DNA of 64,000 nucleotides from Candidatus Spongiisociaceae bacterium (GTDB lineage Bacteria; Actinomycetota; Acidimicrobiia; Spongiisociales; Spongiisociaceae): NCBI GenBank assembly GCA_965219685.1, contig CBDCOH010000002.1, positions 800,001 to 864,000 of the forward strand, read 5' to 3'. Shown piece by piece: positions 59,372 to 64,000 of this stretch (position 1 is its first letter; each line of letters starts with the position of its first letter). The notes under the pieces were generated by a model. It saw only the letters and a program-made list of their open reading frames with translations, ran no database searches and was not told where the DNA came from. The position numbers and the translations under genes were made by a program.

Positions 59372-59745
59372 TTCTGTGGCTGAGGTCTGGTGATCCGAAA
59401 CTTGGTGCACAGGCGCGGATCGAGATTGATCGGGCGTGGCACTCCGACGTTGTGGCTGTCTCGGCGATCTCGTTCTGGGAGGTCGCGATCTTGAAGGAAA
59501 GAGGACGGCTCAGGTTCCCCGAGGAAGTAGGGATGTGGAGGCACGAGCAACTCGACCAAGGGATAGCCGAGGTCCCGGTCGATGGCGATATCGGAATCCG
59601 TGCCACGGAGTTGACGGACTTCCACGGCGACGCGGCTGATCGCATCATCGTGGCGACAGCGCTCGGGGGCCACCAGTTGGTTACGGCTGATCGTCGCATC
59701 CTTGAGTGGTCCGGTGCGGTAAACCGACTGCGCGCCACCGACTGA
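59347..59745 (+). CDS. vapC: VapC PIN-domain toxin
   Basis: LLDT, SAISFWEV, HGDAADRIIVATA, LVTAD. Confidence 0.88.
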   Translation: MFLLDTQVILWLRSGDPKLGAQARIEIDRAWHSDVVAVSAISFWEVAILKERGRLRFPEEVGMWRHEQLDQGIAEVPVDGDIGIRATELTDFHGDAADRIIVATALGGHQLVTADRRILEWSGAVNRLRATD

Positions 59746-59896
59746 CCCCCGTCCCGGGGCCGGTCTTGGGAACCAAGAATCCATCGCATCCGATCCGAGA
59801 TGACCGGCGCTCCCATCTCGGTTCGTTCCAGGATGCGTTGGAGGAAATCCGAAGCGCCGGGTTGGGGAATACGACGTTGTCGACCTTAGAGCACTC

Positions 59897-61105
59897 TCAG
59901 GGTTGGGTGTCGTCGAGTAGGGACCTGAATAGGTCGACAATCGCAGCGGCTTCGAAGACGCGGTTTCGTTTGCCGGCGTTGCGTTGGCGGAGTATTCCGC
60001 CTTCTTGGAGGTGTGCCACCACGCGGGCGGCTGTGCGCTGGCTGGCGCCGAGTTGCTGGGAGATGGTGGGGATGTCGAACACCGGCCGAGTGGGTAGTAG
60101 TTCTACCATGCGCCGCTGGTACTCGCCCCTTAGCGGGACGGCCTGTTCCCATTGCGTGCGAATGTCGGCGAGCCTGGTTTGAATGCGGGCTGCGTAGTCG
60201 CAGGCGGCCAGAGTGGAGTCGGTGAGGAGCTGTAGCCATGGTTGTTGTGCGGTCATTCGGGCAGGGTCGTGGGGGGCGCCTTCGTGCAGTCCGGCGTCGA
60301 GGGTGTCGATGTAGGCGGAGCGTTGTCGGGCCAGCATCGAGCTTATGGGAATGGTCAGGTTCTGGGTGAGTTTCCGTCTGCGCATGACGAGATGGATGAG
60401 TGCTCGCCCGGTGCGACCGTTGCCGTCCGCGAATGGATGGATGGCGATGAACTGCGAATGGGTCATGGCGGCTTGCACAAGGGGCGGATGGTGCCGGGTG
60501 TTGATGTAGGCCACGAGGTCCTCGAGCAGCGGACGGACAAACTCGGGCGGTGGCGGGACGTAGACGGCGTCCAGCGGAGTGGAGAAGTCCGCGCCTATCC
60601 AGTTCTGCCGCTCGCGGATCAGCCCACCTGACTGCGGGTAGCGGGAGTGGTCCATCAGGGTTCGATGGAGCCCGCATAGATCATCGACCGTGACCTGCCG
60701 GCCCTCGGTTCCCAGCATCAGGGCTTGCGCAGTGACGGTGATGTTTCCGATTGCCATCCTGTCGGACGGGTTCAGCCCACCCTGGCGGGCTTCGGCCCTC
60801 GCTATGCGACGCAGCGAAGGGAACACTCCTTCGATGCGGCTGGAAGCCACGCTCTCGGCTCTTACCAGAAGCCACTCAGCCGCGCTCGGGTCATCTGCGG
60901 ATGGCGCAGCGTCGGTCAGCCGTACCAGCGTTTCGGCTTCCGCAACCTCGCCCGCTAGCCGCAGAGGTAGGGAAGGTTCCCAGCCAGTCAGCGGGTCTGG
61001 GATGTAAGCATCGTATGTGCCGGCTCTACGGTTGCGGCGGCCGGCATGTGGTGTATAGCGTTCGGCGTCGTGATGTGCCCACCGTCGCTTCTCGTACCTA
61101 CCCAT
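59897..61105 (-). CDS. Fic family protein
   Basis: RAESVASSRIEG, QNWIG, HPFADGNGRTGR, C-terminal HTH. Confidence 0.92.
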   Translation of the reverse strand: MGRYEKRRWAHHDAERYTPHAGRRNRRAGTYDAYIPDPLTGWEPSLPLRLAGEVAEAETLVRLTDAAPSADDPSAAEWLLVRAESVASSRIEGVFPSLRRIARAEARQGGLNPSDRMAIGNITVTAQALMLGTEGRQVTVDDLCGLHRTLMDHSRYPQSGGLIRERQNWIGADFSTPLDAVYVPPPPEFVRPLLEDLVAYINTRHHPPLVQAAMTHSQFIAIHPFADGNGRTGRALIHLVMRRRKLTQNLTIPISSMLARQRSAYIDTLDAGLHEGAPHDPARMTAQQPWLQLLTDSTLAACDYAARIQTRLADIRTQWEQAVPLRGEYQRRMVELLPTRPVFDIPTISQQLGASQRTAARVVAHLQEGGILRQRNAGKRNRVFEAAAIVDLFRSLLDDTQP

Positions 61106-61416
61106 AGCGACATTCTATAGCCCTGTTGTCGTTATGGGTAGTCTCTGTAGACGCAACCTCGACAGAATGCCCATAGGCACCGAGCATCTCGGATGACCTG
61201 CTAACGATCTGCGACCTGGTTGCTTGGAGCGTTGCCGGAACATTCCGAGTAGCTGGCGGACCCAACCCTGCGTCGAAGTCGTGCCTAGGCGTCCATGATC
61301 GGGCGAACTCCTTAGGGAGGCGGCTGTCAGATCCCGTTCGACTTAGCGAGTCAACACCCCATTCACCGAGGGATCGGACAACAATGCTCACCTTCTTCGG
61401 CGGAGGGCCCCTTGCA

Positions 61417-61444
61417 ACTTTACATAACGTGCATTATGGGACAT
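61417..61444 (-). other. XerC/XerD dif recombination site
   Basis: Minus strand ATGTCCCATAA-TGCACG-TTATGTAAAGT; 11-6-11 layout with a XerD-type arm. Confidence 0.8.
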
Positions 61445-61874
61445 TCGGTTTCGGCCTCATGGCACGCAGAGTATCCTGGTGTCCGTTCTCACGCTACTTG
61501 GCGAATTCTCACGGTCGTGGCGATAATTCTCATCCAGATGGCGAGTTTCTCAAACTGGTGGCGAATGGAACCAGGGCGTTTGAACGCTGCCACAGTGTTC
61601 CGCGACCCCTAATGGCACCGTATACGTGATGGTTTCGGTCAAATCCTGCCGCTCTTGGGAGCACACCTAGCCGTGGTCCGAGAGCAAGCTCACTGCTACC
61701 TGGATTGCTGGAGTTCACCCCGCTGGCCGGACCCGGACCGCGCCCTGTTGGGAGGCGCCGCCACACGCGGGCGATACTCGCCTGCGCTTAGTCGAGTGCT
61801 GAAGGTCTCTCCGCGCGTCCTGAAACCTACCTGCTACGACGCCCTAACCGTTCGGATGTTGAGCCCGTTCCGCA

Positions 61875-62213
61875 CTAGCGGTCGTTGGCGGAGTTTCGGG
61901 GCTGTGTATTCGATGTTGGAGCGTCCTCCTGGGAGCGGGCTACGAACTCATACACTCTGCCCCAAGCAAGATGGAACCGGCGCAGCGCGGAAGCAAGGCG
62001 GTGACACAGCGAACACAGACCCACCAGATCGGAGGCTGTGACCTTCCGCCGCCCGCAGCAGGCGTCGTCTCTTCCGCACGGATAACTCATGGCACTGTGA
62101 TGCGTCTCAGCCGCGGCGCGGAGGCCGCACAAGGAGCAGCGGCCTCCGTTCCGTGCCAGGACGTAGGGTTTGAGCAGCCGGTACCTGGGCCCGTACGCAT
62201 CCGTACACTGCAC
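61875..62213 (-). CDS. HNH endonuclease-like protein (possibly a remnant)
   Basis: RCSLCG...ETHH...DLVGLCSLCH; start uncertain. Confidence 0.55.
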   Translation of the reverse strand: MQCTDAYGPRYRLLKPYVLARNGGRCSLCGLRAAAETHHSAMSYPCGRDDACCGRRKVTASDLVGLCSLCHRLASALRRFHLAWGRVYEFVARSQEDAPTSNTQPRNSANDR

Positions 62214-62330
62214 CGGTAGCGCCGTGCTTCTTGTGGCCGACGGTACACGGCGACCGACGATTGACCGCCCGACGGGACTCGTTCCCCATCGTCCGGGGCT
62301 CATGTCGACACTCCGCTCCGGTACACGCAC

Positions 62331-64000
62331 ATGTCGCATGACCCGTCGCGTGTCACACCTGCCTGGCCTGCATGCCATACCCGGCTGCTCACACGAGATC
62401 GATGTGTCGGTTGGGTGTTCAACCTCTTGCTGGATGGTCAGCAACGGATTACTACTGTTTACAGTGTCACACAGGGCAAGCCACCGCCTTTCTTCGACGG
62501 CAATCCTTCAATGTTCCGAGGGTTGCACTTTCATCTCGATGACGAGGAATTCTCCTTCTACCAGCCGGTCAAGATGCGAGATGATCCGCTCTGGGTCGAC
62601 GTGACGACCGTCATGCAGGGTGGGGTGACCGCAGTGATTCCCGATTTGGATCAGTCATCACCTCGGTTTGCGCAGCATGTCGGGCGAGTAGCGGAGCTTC
62701 AGGGCATTCTGATGACCAACCTGCATGTAGAACAGATAACTGGAGTTGACAAATCGTTGGATCTGGTGGTCGACATTTTCAATCGAGTGAACAGCGGAGG
62801 TACCAAGCTGTCTAAGGGTGACCTTGCGTTGGCCAAGATCTGTGCTGATTGGCCCGATGCCCGCAAGACCATGAAGAGAGCTCTCAATAAGTGGGAAGCG
62901 GGGGGCTATCGGTTCAGTCTCGACTGGTTGTTGCGGTCGGTGAACACAGTGCTCACCGGCGAGGCCAAGTTCCAGTATCTACACGATAAGAGCGCCGCCG
63001 AGGTTGAGGATGCTCTTACGCGAGCGGAGAACGCCATCAACAACATCCTCAACATACTCAGTTCAAGGCTCGGGCTGGATCACGATCGGGTCCTCTTCGG
63101 CCGTTTCGCCATTCCGGTGATGGTTAGATACCTAGACCGTCATGGTGGTTTGCTCTCGACCAAAGAGGTAGACAAGCTCGCCTTCTGGTTCGTCCAAGCC
63201 GGCATGTGGGGACGCTTCTCTGGATCGACCGAAACCACGATCGACCGGAACCTCGAAATCCTGGACACCAACTCCAAACCGCTCGATGCTTTGTTGGATG
63301 AGCTCCGCCTGTGGCACGGCGACCTAGTAGTAGCTCCCGATCACTTCAAAGGATGGAGCCGCGGAGCGCGGTTTTATCCGGTCCTGTACATGCTCACCAG
63401 AAGAACCCGAGCCAAGGATTGGGGAAACGGCCTACCGCTCAAAGACGGAATGTTTGGCAAGATGAACCAACTCGAGCTGCACCACATCTTTCCCAAGTCG
63501 CGGCTTTACCGGAAGGGTTTCCGTCGGCCTGAGGTCAACGCTCTCGCCAACTTCTGCTTCCTGACCAAGAATACCAACCTTAAGATCAGCAACCGACTAC
63601 CCGAGGAGTACCTGCCCGAAGTTGAGGTCAGCCATCCGGGTGCTCTTCGCTCGCAGTGGATACCCGAGGATCCCGGGCTATGGAAGATCGAGAACTACCT
63701 GCAGTTCCTGGAGGCGCGCCGAGAGCTTCTGGCGGCGGAGACCAACCGGCTGCTGGAAGGGCTGCTACATGGCGACAGCCGCTGGCTGGCCCAGAGAGCA
63801 CCATCGGCGCCTCCTCCCCCGCCCAAGGCTGTTCCCGGTGGCATCGACACGAAGGACGAGGAGGCTGCGATCACCTTCATTCACGATTGGGTCACCGAAC
63901 AGGGTCTTCCCGGCGGTGAGGTGGAGTACGAGTGTTCATCGCCGACAGGCGAGCCCCTCGCAGTGTTCGACATCGCTTGGCCGGCCGGTCTTCAACCCGG
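62331..64000 (+). pseudogene. GmrSD-like (DUF262 + DUF1524) restriction protein, N-truncated, runs off window
   Basis: Frame absent from the ORF track: LLLDGQQR, IFNRVNSGGTKL, ELHHIFPK, NALANF; the N-terminal P.FQR..VW segment is absent. Confidence 0.8.

Overview
High-GC chromosomal segment of an actinobacterium. Acidimicrobiia-like and possibly a marine invertebrate/sponge symbiont; this is inferred from the SLH/FN3, PD40 and PQQ-propeller surface proteins and an F420-dependent LLM enzyme. Housekeeping genes include the 3' end of rimO, cinA-thpR-recA, an ssb paralogue, SURF1, rnhB, metY, metB, msrA, a Na+/H+ antiporter-Usp-maf-ligB run, class I aldolase, an ABC exporter, gcvT-H-PA-PB and ggt. 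Main finding: an operon at 11.8-14.4 kb encoding a Tat-exported peptide with 14 Cys, MauE-like and MauD-like proteins, and a MauF/DsbD-like membrane protein. In that last gene the SPCG cysteine codon is an in-frame UGA followed by a SECIS-like hairpin, so it is probably a selenoprotein; no amine-dehydrogenase heavy chain or MauG gene is nearby. Other signals: dual LexA and PafBC-type promoters on recA, an internally deleted IS110 that keeps its structured non-coding end, a collapsed IS3/IS6110-type end scar, heptamer repeat arrays at gene ends (one pair bracketing an unexplained insert), and a XerC/D dif site at 61.4 kb among Fic, vapBC, HNH and truncated GmrSD genes. All calls come from reading the sequence; no database searches were run.
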